NCBI RefSeq assembly: GCF_000146505.1
Contig: NC_017448.1
Span: forward strand, 3,750,001 to 3,782,000
Length of the DNA: 32,000 bases
Direction: 5' to 3'
Source of the DNA: Fibrobacter succinogenes subsp. succinogenes S85
GTDB taxonomy: Bacteria; Fibrobacterota; Fibrobacteria; Fibrobacterales; Fibrobacteraceae
Position numbers and translations under genes: made by a program. The notes under the pieces were generated by a model that had not been told where the DNA came from, searched no databases, and was given only the letters and a program-made list of their open reading frames with translations. Below, piece after piece: positions 1 to 8,926 of this stretch (position 1 is the stretch's first letter; each line of letters starts with the position of its first letter).

Positions 1-782
1 CCGCAACCAGCATTGTCAACGACACTTCCTTTTCGCCCTACTCGTAACACGGAAACCATTGTTGAAAAATCAGAGCCCTTTCGAAAAGAAAAATAACGAA
101 TTGTATTGACACTGGATTCGTTCCACTCGGCCATTCTAGCATCTTGTTTGACAAGTTCTTCTACGATATATGAGCCATTAGAGCGCAAGTAGTCAAAAAC
201 CTCATCAGCACTCTTTTCCAACAACGAGATAATTTCAACGCCTTTGCCACAAGCCCCCTTGCTTGGTTTTGCTATAAAACGATCAAGTCCTTGACAAAAA
301 AGTTTAAAATTAGACCTATCATCCTCACTATCTACTTTACAAGCTTTCCGTTTAAAGAACTGACCTGCAATTGAATAGAAAATATTTTTGTCTTTTAATT
401 GCGCTAAAGCATCCTTCCAATTTTTTCCAATTGCTTCCATGCAAAGTTTATCTTTTCGCATACGTGAAATATATTTATTTCGTTCATATGCATTTTTCTT
501 TGGGAATCCATATGAAAAGTATTCATTAGCCGTCATTCCATACTTTCTATAAGACAGTATGATATCTCGAATAACAGATTTTCTATATGCAGAATCATCC
601 AACTGCTCCTTACTCAAGAATATCTTACAGTTATCCTCTATATCGGAAAAACAATCTCGTTGGCCCCACCAAACAATCTTTTTTTTCTTAGCATTATTGT
701 ATAAGCGATCTGCCATATAAGTAGGAAATATGTTCCACTTAGCTTTATTCATCAAATCTTTAATTCTACGAACAATTTTCAT
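1..782 (-). CDS. Sugar-transfer-associated ATP-grasp family protein. Partial: the start codon is at 782-780 and the C-terminus runs off the left edge of the window.
   Basis: This ORF is not in the supplied track. My own translation of the minus strand from ATG (782-780) gives MKIVRRIKDLMNKAKWNIFPTYMADRLYNN...FIAKPSKGACGKGVEIISLL...NTIRYFSFRKGSDFSTMVSVLRVGRKGSVVDNAGC with no stop codon down to position 1. The KPxxGxxGxGV motif and the overall pattern resemble ATPgrasp_ST-type proteins found in polysaccharide loci. Confidence 0.55.
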   Translation of the reverse strand, partial: MKIVRRIKDLMNKAKWNIFPTYMADRLYNNAKKKKIVWWGQRDCFSDIEDNCKIFLSKEQLDDSAYRKSVIRDIILSYRKYGMTANEYFSYGFPKKNAYERNKYISRMRKDKLCMEAIGKNWKDALAQLKDKNIFYSIAGQFFKRKACKVDSEDDRSNFKLFCQGLDRFIAKPSKGACGKGVEIISLLEKSADEVFDYLRSNGSYIVEELVKQDARMAEWNESSVNTIRYFSFRKGSDFSTMVSVLRVGRKGSVVDNAGC

Positions 783-812
783 CTTATGAATTCCAATTTT
801 GCACTATAATGA

Positions 813-1946
813 TTATACACCGAATAATTCCAGATAACTCTTTTCAGACTCTATTACGCCATAGGCTTCGGCACGCATTGAAATCTTTGTCGCCCAGTTG
901 GTATGAGGCTTGATTTCGTTCATGCCCTTGCTGCCCTTAATCACCCCACCGGAAGTATGCAAAATCTGGTAGGCGTCATTGTATTCATCTTGCGTAACAG
1001 CAAGCATGCCATTGATGAAGTTCAAGTGGGTCGGATGGATACATGTCTTGCCCATAAAACCATTCGCCTGGTCCAGAATAAGTTCGCGCATCAAGCCATC
1101 AACCGCATCATTTACCACCGGCGAACGTTTCAGCAACGTATCTTGGATGTCAACCTTCGGCAGATCGCAAAACTTCATACGCTTGTTTACACGGAAATAT
1201 TCCCACACCGGTCCAGAAACTGTATAATCGTTGTTACGGGTAAAGAAGTTCAAAATATCCATCAAGCAATCACGAACAGTCATCACATCGTAAATCGTAT
1301 AGTTGATTCCTCTACGGACACCAAAGCACGACGAGAAATCCGTACCGCCCACGCGAATATTCAAAATCAGGTCTTTATGTTTGTCGCATTCCTGTTTGAT
1401 AGCCATCAGTTCCTGAGCGCGGCTTTCCTTGAACGCGACTCGCGCATCTTCAATAATGGGCATGCCATATATAATCTCACCAAACTTGGCATTGAGTTCA
1501 ACAAGGTGTTCCATATAAGGAGCGGATGTCAAGCTATTGAATTTCGGAAAATTAAACCCGCAAAGATACCGAATGTGACGAGGCTCAAGCATCGCAGCAA
1601 AATGCTTAAACTGTTCAACGGAACGAACCCGGAAGAAAATTAGCGGAATATCTTCGTATTTCAGCGTTCCATTTTTTTCACATTCCGCAAGAGTGTCCAA
1701 CACATGGATAGAATTGATTTCCGCAGCAGGCACGTCTTCTTCTTTGCAGGCATCTTCGAAGCACATCACCATGGAGGTGAGACCAGGATACTTCTTATCG
1801 ATAATCGCCTGTGCAAAATCCTTGGTGCCAGGCATATACATAGTGGCCCCCAGGCAATATTGCAAAAGACTACGGTCCGTATACTTGTTGAAATCGACCG
1901 GTTCTTTTACAAACTTGAAATTCGGATTATACTGATGATGTTTCAT
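813..1946 (-). CDS. HpcH/HpaI aldolase / citrate-lyase beta (CitE)-like family protein
   Basis: The 377-aa ORF carries CitE-like motifs: RSLLQYCLGATMYMPG (compare RSxLFVPG), FEDACKEEDV (compare DLEDAV) and GKTCIHPTHL (compare GKxAIHPxQ). It is packed in the operon, 11 nt from the next gene. Confidence 0.5.
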   Translation of the reverse strand: MKHHQYNPNFKFVKEPVDFNKYTDRSLLQYCLGATMYMPGTKDFAQAIIDKKYPGLTSMVMCFEDACKEEDVPAAEINSIHVLDTLAECEKNGTLKYEDIPLIFFRVRSVEQFKHFAAMLEPRHIRYLCGFNFPKFNSLTSAPYMEHLVELNAKFGEIIYGMPIIEDARVAFKESRAQELMAIKQECDKHKDLILNIRVGGTDFSSCFGVRRGINYTIYDVMTVRDCLMDILNFFTRNNDYTVSGPVWEYFRVNKRMKFCDLPKVDIQDTLLKRSPVVNDAVDGLMRELILDQANGFMGKTCIHPTHLNFINGMLAVTQDEYNDAYQILHTSGGVIKGSKGMNEIKPHTNWATKISMRAEAYGVIESEKSYLELFGV

Positions 1947-1957
1947 TATTAAACCGT

Positions 1958-3199
1958 TTATAGATTTGAATAAATTTCTCTATTAAGCAAGTCATTCCCT
2001 TGGATATCGCGAATTTCAACTGAAGCAAAGGTTTTTCTCGCCTTCTGTTTTAGTTCTTCGTATGATTCGCCTTCTACAATAAACGCAGCAACACGATTAG
2101 AACTTCTCATATCGCTGTCAATTTTGCATCCTTTAGACTTCATCACAAAACAATCCGTAACAAAACCTTTTTGATGCAGTTCTTCCAGTCCAACGACGGA
2201 ATCAAATACTCCCGGTCGCATATAGAGGAGATTCGTAGAATGAAACCGTGTTTGTTCCTTCGGTTCAACAACTATAGTTTTCCCAAGGAATGAGTCTATC
2301 GCGCATTCCACAGCGTCATAATCGCCAAACGATTTTAACACATGGTAGCTCAAGCCGCCACCAATTCTTGGCGCAAATTCCAGGACCTTGATTCCTGTTT
2401 CTGTAACGATGGCCTGATAGAAGAACGGCGTGTTCTCTAATTTAAACGCATTGGCGATTTTTTCTGCAATTTCTTGTGCTTGACGTTTGAATTCATCCGA
2501 TAGTGGAGCAGGAAAAACAGAGCTATAAGACTGCAGGACCATATCATTACCATCAGATGCGATTTTCTGTTTTTGGCGAGTCATCATGACCTTTACGCCC
2601 GACTGCGTTGAGACGCAATCAACCTGGATTTCAGCACCGCTATTGAACCCCTCAATAATCGCTGTTTTTGTTCGACTCATCTCAATTGCTTCCGCAACCC
2701 GTAAACGGGTTTCTTCATCGGAGTCTACTCGTCGAACACCTTTAGAACTGTTGCAATCAACCGGCTTGACAACTGCTGGATACTGAACCAGATTCCAATC
2801 TATAGAATCTACGGATTCTGTCGTTGTATAATTAGAGGTCGGAATTCCGTTCTCAACGAAAATCCGTTTCATCAGTCCCTTATCGGTCACTTCAAGCGAT
2901 GTCTTATAGCTATAGGGATGAGGCAAGCCTAGTTTTTCAGCAACATAGCAACACACGCTATTCGCCTGGTCAATACACGTACTAATGACCAAGTCTGCCT
3001 TACGCTCTTTCGCTATTTCAAGAACCTTGTCTTGATCTAAGGTGCTTTCTCGCAAGTGTTCGTCAGCCACTTTTTTTGCTGGGGGATTTTCTAGATAATC
3101 AATCAATAGAACATAATAACCTCGTTCCTTCAGTTTGTTTACAAGAAGTACGTGAGGCGATGTTCCGCCTAAAACAATGGCTAACTTTTGTTCATTCAT
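1958..3199 (-). CDS. ATP-grasp domain protein (carboxylate-amine ligase type)
   Basis: The 413-aa ORF has an N-terminal pre-ATP-grasp Rossmann-like segment (LAIVLGGTSPHVLLVNKLKERGYYVLLID). It also has KGLMKRIFVENGIPT and VVKPVDCNSSKGV, typical of the ATP-grasp central domain. Confidence 0.6.
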   Translation of the reverse strand: MNEQKLAIVLGGTSPHVLLVNKLKERGYYVLLIDYLENPPAKKVADEHLRESTLDQDKVLEIAKERKADLVISTCIDQANSVCCYVAEKLGLPHPYSYKTSLEVTDKGLMKRIFVENGIPTSNYTTTESVDSIDWNLVQYPAVVKPVDCNSSKGVRRVDSDEETRLRVAEAIEMSRTKTAIIEGFNSGAEIQVDCVSTQSGVKVMMTRQKQKIASDGNDMVLQSYSSVFPAPLSDEFKRQAQEIAEKIANAFKLENTPFFYQAIVTETGIKVLEFAPRIGGGLSYHVLKSFGDYDAVECAIDSFLGKTIVVEPKEQTRFHSTNLLYMRPGVFDSVVGLEELHQKGFVTDCFVMKSKGCKIDSDMRSSNRVAAFIVEGESYEELKQKARKTFASVEIRDIQGNDLLNREIYSNL

Positions 3200-3221
3200 G
3201 CGAGAAAGACCAATCTTCTAA

Positions 3222-4121
3222 TTAAGCATTTCCTTTGGGAGACTGAATTGCTTCGGGATAATAGCAATCTATCATACGCTTAACAAGCGTAACCTGCTTG
3301 GCACGCTTCTTTGCGTCATCTTCAGTGCTATCCCAACTATGGGTTTGCGCGACAGAACCACCTGTTTTGAGGTAAATCGGAGATGCGATTCGAATCATTT
3401 CAGGAACTTCGTAGTGACGGATGAAGCCACCCGTAGACTTTGGGTTTTCTGTATGAATATCAATAGGAATATCAATAGCCTGACGCATCGCAGCAAGCAT
3501 CTGCAGCTGAATATCGCGGACTGGGTTCACAGAATTGGCACCGATAGATTCAAGAAGCTTGGCGGAACAGGGGTTACCATGGCCGGCATGAGCAGACACC
3601 TTGAAACGGCAATCAGCGGGGATTTCACCGACCTTGCGGGCTTCATTAAGCACCCAAAGGCAGCCTTCATCATACACAAGAAAGGACCTACAGCCAAAGG
3701 CGGCAGCACGCTTCACATCTTCGATAGCACGCACAATCTGTTCCTGACCACGCAGACGATAACCCATGCGAACACCTTCCGGCGTATTCACGGATGCACT
3801 CGTATCCGTTGTTGCGCGAGGACCGATGGCAAGAATCAGTTCCACCTCAGCCTTCTTTGCCAAGTTGACCATCTGCATAATATCCTGATCGGCAAGCATC
3901 ATAATGCCCTTGGTCTGAGTCACGCGGTGCAGCCAAATTCCATACTTGTCCATGGCTTCAAGAAGAGCTTCCATGACCTTAGGCCCCTGGATGCCCGGAA
4001 CTTCAAAACGGTACTGACCGCCATCAGAAAAACGCTTCTGAGATGTAGGCAAATCATAGGCATCGCCCTTCGGCATACCGATGGACTGGAGGAAAGCTCT
4101 TGTTTTTTCCATGCTATTCAT
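3222..4121 (-). CDS. Conserved-looking hypothetical protein, possibly an enzyme, function not recognised
   Basis: The 299-aa ORF has non-repetitive, globular-looking composition and sits in operon context between the ATP-grasp and aminotransferase genes. I recognise no diagnostic motif. Confidence 0.5.
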   Translation of the reverse strand: MNSMEKTRAFLQSIGMPKGDAYDLPTSQKRFSDGGQYRFEVPGIQGPKVMEALLEAMDKYGIWLHRVTQTKGIMMLADQDIMQMVNLAKKAEVELILAIGPRATTDTSASVNTPEGVRMGYRLRGQEQIVRAIEDVKRAAAFGCRSFLVYDEGCLWVLNEARKVGEIPADCRFKVSAHAGHGNPCSAKLLESIGANSVNPVRDIQLQMLAAMRQAIDIPIDIHTENPKSTGGFIRHYEVPEMIRIASPIYLKTGGSVAQTHSWDSTEDDAKKRAKQVTLVKRMIDCYYPEAIQSPKGNA

Positions 4122-4139
4122 AGTAGGGGTTCCTTTTTT

Positions 4140-5255
4140 TTAAAATTCTTTCTTGATTAATGACAATACTCTATTGACATCTTCGTCCGTAAGTCCCGCA
4201 TGCATAGGCAAACAAATGACTTCATCAGCCATGCGAGTTGCCACAGGGAGGTTTTCCTTAGTTGCAGATGGCAATCCGCGATAAATTGCGAAACTTGATA
4301 TCAACGGATAGAAATAGCGGCGACCGAGAACGTTGTGTTCTTTCATTTTTTCATAGAGAGAATCACGACTGATACCGTATTCTTTTTCGTTCACGAAAAT
4401 CGGGAAATACGAGTAGTTGTAAGTAACATCATCGCGTTCTGCGAACATTGAGATACCGGGAATATTCGCTAGTGCTGCACGATACTTTTGTGCAACCTGT
4501 TTGCGAGCAGCAATCGCGTTGTCAATATGCTTCAAGTTGCAAAGACCATAGGCGGAACGGATTTCGTCCATCTTGCTGTTGATTCCCGGAGCAACCACAG
4601 TCGTTTCTCCTGCAAAGCCAAAGTTTTTCAGGTAGTCAATACGCTTTTTAGTGCGTGCGTCATGGCAGATGAGCGCTCCGCCTTCAACCGTATTGTACGT
4701 TTTGGTTGCATGGAAACTGAGCGTATTCATGTCTCCCGCATCAAGGATGGTGCGGCCGTTTACCTTCACATTAAAGGCATGCGCTGCATCATAAATGACG
4801 GCAAGACCATAACGGTCTGCGATTTCCTGAATAGCTTCAATATCGCAAGGATTGCCGTACACATGCACGGGCATAATTGCAGTCGTTTTCGGTGTAATAG
4901 CCTCTTCAATCTTCTGCGGATCGAGGTTGCCTGTCGCGGGATCAACATCAACAAATACTGGAGTGAGGCCATTCCACCAGATGGAGTGCGTTGTCGCCAC
5001 AAAGCTATACGGGGTCGTTATCACTTCGCCCGTGATACGCATCGCTTGAAGTGCAGTGATGAGCGGAAGTGTTCCATTAGTAAACAAGCTGATGTATTCT
5101 ACTCCGAGATACTCTGCGAGAGCAGCTTCAAGCTGTTTGTGATAATACCCATTATTTGTGAGCCACTTGCGTTCCCAAATGTCCCTGAGTAGCGGTTCAA
5201 ATTCGTCCAATGATGGGAGGAGCGGAGAGGTGACTGTAATAATTTTGTCAGACAT
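4140..5255 (-). CDS. DegT/DnrJ/EryC1/StrS-family PLP-dependent sugar aminotransferase
   Basis: The 371-aa ORF matches the family pattern: TSPLLPSLDEF...WLTNNG, PVHVYGNPCD, AVIYDAAHAF and LSFHATKTYNTVEGGAL, which contains the PLP-binding lysine context. Confidence 0.85.
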   Translation of the reverse strand: MSDKIITVTSPLLPSLDEFEPLLRDIWERKWLTNNGYYHKQLEAALAEYLGVEYISLFTNGTLPLITALQAMRITGEVITTPYSFVATTHSIWWNGLTPVFVDVDPATGNLDPQKIEEAITPKTTAIMPVHVYGNPCDIEAIQEIADRYGLAVIYDAAHAFNVKVNGRTILDAGDMNTLSFHATKTYNTVEGGALICHDARTKKRIDYLKNFGFAGETTVVAPGINSKMDEIRSAYGLCNLKHIDNAIAARKQVAQKYRAALANIPGISMFAERDDVTYNYSYFPIFVNEKEYGISRDSLYEKMKEHNVLGRRYFYPLISSFAIYRGLPSATKENLPVATRMADEVICLPMHAGLTDEDVNRVLSLIKKEF

Positions 5256-5291
5256 AAATATCCTTATTTTCCGACAAATTTAGAAAAAGAA

Positions 5292-6734
5292 TTACTTTTT
5301 GCGGTTCAAAACTTTCAAAATTGTATTAAAAATATAATCAAAACTTTCTATTTTAAAAAGCTTTGATAGAAGCGTATAAATAACGATTCCTGCAACTATT
5401 TGTAGTACCAAAGTAAGAACATCGTTGAAACCAGCAAACTGAATGCTATAAACACAACCACCCATAATGCAAGATAAGGCTATTTGCGGGAACATATCTT
5501 TTAACTGAGCTAGATAGTCGTACGCAAGAAGCTTTTTATTTGGCAAACTGTTGATAATTTGGCTAATCACATTTGTAACAAGAAGACTATAGGCCATCGC
5601 CATTACACTAATATTCATGGTAATAAGCACCGCAGTCAAACCAATTATTTTTTTCATGATTTCAAGTTTAAGGAAAAGATCGCTCCGTCCAAGAGCTTTG
5701 ATGGCATTGAGATTTGCGGTATGGACAGGCCAAAAAGAAAACGTAAAACAATATATTCTTAAAAACGGCACACACGGCAACCATTTTTCCGTAAGTACAA
5801 GTCGAACTAACGGTTCAGCACAAACCGCTAATCCCATCATCATAGGCATCATGATGAATGTACTAATACTGATCGCGCGACGAGTCATAGCTCGAACGCG
5901 ATTTTTATCATCTTGTTCTGCAGACATTGCTGGGAGCAAAACGCTGTCGATGGAAGTGTTTATATTAGACACAATCAAATTAGGTAAGTGATGCCCCTGA
6001 TTGTAAAAAGCAAGATCTTTTGCTGTATAAATTCGGCCAATAATCAGCTGGCGCAACTGACCGTATCCAGTGTCAAGCAAAGCCGACGCAAGCAACTTCC
6101 AACCATAGTTAAACAACCCTTTTAAACGACGTAAAGAAAACTTTAATTTCGGTCGCCATTTGACGGTGGACCAAAGAATAATCGTCCCCATGGTAACGTT
6201 TGTAAGTTGTTGGCCTACAAGCGCCCAAACGCCATAGCCCATATAAGCCATAGCCACTCCAACAACAGCAGAACATAGAGTTGCACCGATTGTTGCAAAG
6301 AAAAACTTCTTGAATATCAAATTCTTTGAAACATAAGATTGTTGAATGTTTCGAACACCAGAAACTACCAAAGTTAAGCTGAGCACTCGAATGACTGGCG
6401 TTAAGTGAGGAATATGATAAAAATCAGCGATAAACGGGGCTGCAAAAAACATAACTCCATACATAGCCAAACAAACAGCAATATTGAAATAAAATACGGA
6501 CGAGAAGTCCAAGTCGTCCGCATTTTTCTTTTGGATAAGAGCTGATCCAAGCCCGCTATCAACAAAAACCTGCAATATGCAAGTGAATACAGTTATAAGA
6601 GCAATTTCACCGTAAACCGCAGGATCCAGCAGTCGAGCAAGAATTATAGAAACAAAGAACGCTACGAATTGAGCTCCGCAACGTTCGAAGAATCGCCAAA
6701 AAAAATTAGTTGTAACAGTTTTTGCAGTAGGCAT
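5292..6734 (-). CDS. wzx: Wzx-type oligosaccharide flippase (MOP/PST family polysaccharide biosynthesis protein)
   Basis: The 480-aa protein is strongly hydrophobic with multiple predicted membrane spans. Its N-terminus (NFFWRFFERCGAQFVAFFVSIILARLLDPAVYGEIAL) is typical of PST flippases. The gene lies in the low-GC core of the glycan locus. Confidence 0.75.
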   Translation of the reverse strand: MPTAKTVTTNFFWRFFERCGAQFVAFFVSIILARLLDPAVYGEIALITVFTCILQVFVDSGLGSALIQKKNADDLDFSSVFYFNIAVCLAMYGVMFFAAPFIADFYHIPHLTPVIRVLSLTLVVSGVRNIQQSYVSKNLIFKKFFFATIGATLCSAVVGVAMAYMGYGVWALVGQQLTNVTMGTIILWSTVKWRPKLKFSLRRLKGLFNYGWKLLASALLDTGYGQLRQLIIGRIYTAKDLAFYNQGHHLPNLIVSNINTSIDSVLLPAMSAEQDDKNRVRAMTRRAISISTFIMMPMMMGLAVCAEPLVRLVLTEKWLPCVPFLRIYCFTFSFWPVHTANLNAIKALGRSDLFLKLEIMKKIIGLTAVLITMNISVMAMAYSLLVTNVISQIINSLPNKKLLAYDYLAQLKDMFPQIALSCIMGGCVYSIQFAGFNDVLTLVLQIVAGIVIYTLLSKLFKIESFDYIFNTILKVLNRKK

Positions 6735-6758
6735 AGCGAAAAAATAGAATAATTGAAA

Positions 6759-7142
6759 TCAAAATAGGGTCAACATATATAGGGACACCCCCATGCTCAT
6801 CAAATTAGTCTGAAGTTTCCCAACTTTCTTATGGGGAAATGAAATCGATGTTGAACAAAAACCTAAATAACCATCTGAATCATAATATTGGGCAATCAGG
6901 TTGACATACTCTTTTTTAGAAAAATCATTTTTTCCTTTTAATACAAGATGGTATAATACAGGAATCGTAGCTGACATATCAACCTCGTCGCCTTGCATAA
7001 AATAATGATTATACAAACGCTTTGGGCTTGAAAGCAATACACTGTCTAATATTTGTAAACGTTTTTTTTTCATTCTCGTTTTGTAGTTCAACCTCCTGAG
7101 TCCCCAACAAGAACCACGAAATGCCACGCCCCCAATTTGCAT
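6759..7142 (-). pseudogene. Out-of-frame 3' continuation of the GT2-GH88/105-like gene; not an independent gene
   Basis: Downstream of the A9 run, this frame reads ...KKRLQILDSVLLSS...DEVDMSATIPVLYHLVLKG..., which resembles the conserved C-terminal part of GH88/105 domains (DxSxTA...Y.L.KG). Removing one A from the run at 7062-7070 fuses it to the 620-aa ORF. Confidence 0.55.
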
Positions 7143-8871
7143 GATTCAACTTAACGTGGGTTGTGAGGTCATATGTTTGAGCGGGGATTCCTGTCAAGTA
7201 ATCAACACCAAACTTAACATAGTCATTAACCATATCGTATGCAACTTGATAAATTACAGAATCGTTAAAAACTTTAGAGTAATTGACGAGGAACGGTACA
7301 GTGAGTCCTATAGCGTCAACATGTTGTTCTTTTGAACCTTCTCTATACAAAAACAGCCCATCACGTTGCACAGCTTCTTTCACCATCTGGGATATTTCCG
7401 TTGCAAAAGTTCTGTATTTGTCATCATGATACATATCAAACAAATCCAAGGCCACATTTCCATATGCAATTTGATCACTTCGTTTAACTCGGAACTCGTT
7501 TTCAAGTGCATTGTCAAATTTCTGTTTTATTAGAGCTAATAATGCGGCATCATTTTTGTTTTTAGCATAAGAAAATGCATAATGAAGTAATAATCCATAC
7601 TCGCCATACTCCCATACAGGCACTTTGCTACGTAATCTTTTTATCAAAGAACCCGTTCCTGCCAAGGGGTGCTTTGACCAGGATTCCCTGTCGATAACGT
7701 CATACACGTTATTCCGCAATAAACTTTCAAAAGCGACCTCGTCAGAAACATTTAAGGGAGTAAAGGTTTTCTCATAATACGACTTTAAAACGGATGGAAA
7801 TAGTTGATTAAATCCAAATAATCCTATAATAATGCACAAAAAAAGAAGAAGATTTCTATTTAATACTCTATCAATAAATCTAAAAAGCTTTTTTATCACC
7901 ATTTTAGGCAACCATACAAGCACAAATTGAATAAATTCCTTGATAAGTAAAAAAAGCCTGTCTTTTCTTACGAGCGAAAGTAATTTTTTAGCATAGATAT
8001 CCCCCTTTATATAAGCAACAAAAATTGAAGCAAAATGAATTCTTTTAAGCATGACTTCTAGCGCATCACGATCTCCAGATGCAATAGCATACCTTACATT
8101 TAAAAAGCTGCATAAACCATAACTCATTGAATTTGATATGCCACCAGCATTCTTTCTATAGACAGACCAACAATTGGAAAAACCGTATACTTTGCCGATA
8201 AGGGATGCAGCAATAAAATGGCAAAAGCCACCCCTAAACTCAGCAATCAGTTTTTTATAGCTATCAGATGAATCCACTTCTTTTCGAATAAGAAGCGATG
8301 CTAAAGGTAATTGCCATTTTTCAAAAATTTTTGCAGTACTAAAATCACCAGTTTTAAAGTCACACATCATCTCATCGGGACGATTTTGGCCTTCCCATTT
8401 TATCGTAGCATTATGAAAACAAGCCATGTACTCTCGGTGTGCATCAAGGAATTCTACTTGTGTCTGCAATTTAAGTTCATCAGTCCAATAATCATCACCT
8501 TCACAAAAAGCCATATATTCTGATTTTTCAATCCATTCTTTCAAATATTCAACTCTTTTAAATCCAATCTTATTTTTATAATGATTAAATTTAAGAGCAA
8601 AAAAAATAATAAAACAATTCAAGTTGTCTTTATGTTGAGCACATGTAATTTTTGCATACTCCTCATCTTTAGAATAATTCAAGTTGAAATTTTCAGAAAT
8701 ATAATTTTGAATTACATTTTGTTCGCCATCGGTTGAAGCATCATCAACAATTGCTATCAAATACGGGAATTTCGTTTTTTGCATTATAAAACCATTCAAT
8801 GCATCAAGAATAAAATCGGATTGATTATATGTAAAGCATCTAATAAGAACTTTGTAAATATTTTCATTCAT
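7009..8871 (-). CDS. Glycosyltransferase family 2 domain, one TM helix and a GH88/GH105-like (alpha/alpha)6 domain. The reading frame breaks at an A9 run near the 3' end.
   Basis: The N-terminus is GT2-like (VLIRCFTYNQSDFILDALNGFIMQKTKFPYLIAIVDDASTDGEQ). A TM segment follows (LLLFLCIIIGLFGFNQLF). The C-terminal part carries VDAIGLTVPFLVNY, LTGIPAQTYD and NWGRGISWFLLG, which resembles the GH88/105 signature W(A/G)RGNGW. Confidence 0.7.
   Translation of the reverse strand: MNENIYKVLIRCFTYNQSDFILDALNGFIMQKTKFPYLIAIVDDASTDGEQNVIQNYISENFNLNYSKDEEYAKITCAQHKDNLNCFIIFFALKFNHYKNKIGFKRVEYLKEWIEKSEYMAFCEGDDYWTDELKLQTQVEFLDAHREYMACFHNATIKWEGQNRPDEMMCDFKTGDFSTAKIFEKWQLPLASLLIRKEVDSSDSYKKLIAEFRGGFCHFIAASLIGKVYGFSNCWSVYRKNAGGISNSMSYGLCSFLNVRYAIASGDRDALEVMLKRIHFASIFVAYIKGDIYAKKLLSLVRKDRLFLLIKEFIQFVLVWLPKMVIKKLFRFIDRVLNRNLLLFLCIIIGLFGFNQLFPSVLKSYYEKTFTPLNVSDEVAFESLLRNNVYDVIDRESWSKHPLAGTGSLIKRLRSKVPVWEYGEYGLLLHYAFSYAKNKNDAALLALIKQKFDNALENEFRVKRSDQIAYGNVALDLFDMYHDDKYRTFATEISQMVKEAVQRDGLFLYREGSKEQHVDAIGLTVPFLVNYSKVFNDSVIYQVAYDMVNDYVKFGVDYLTGIPAQTYDLTTHVKLNHANWGRGISWFLLGTQEVELQNENEKKTFTNIRQCIAFKPKAFV
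7062..7070 (-). repeat. A9 homopolymer (T9 on the plus strand) at the frameshift site of the GT2-GH88/105-like gene
   Basis: Read directly from the sequence: g ttttttttt c at 7061-7071. The 620-aa frame reads NENEKKTFTN across the run. The 127-aa frame reads RMKKKRLQ across the same run. Confidence 0.9.
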
Positions 8872-8926
8872 TGAGTGTTTTTCCTTTCAAAAAAATTTTT
8901 TGCGTAACCAGGGAATATAAAAATGT

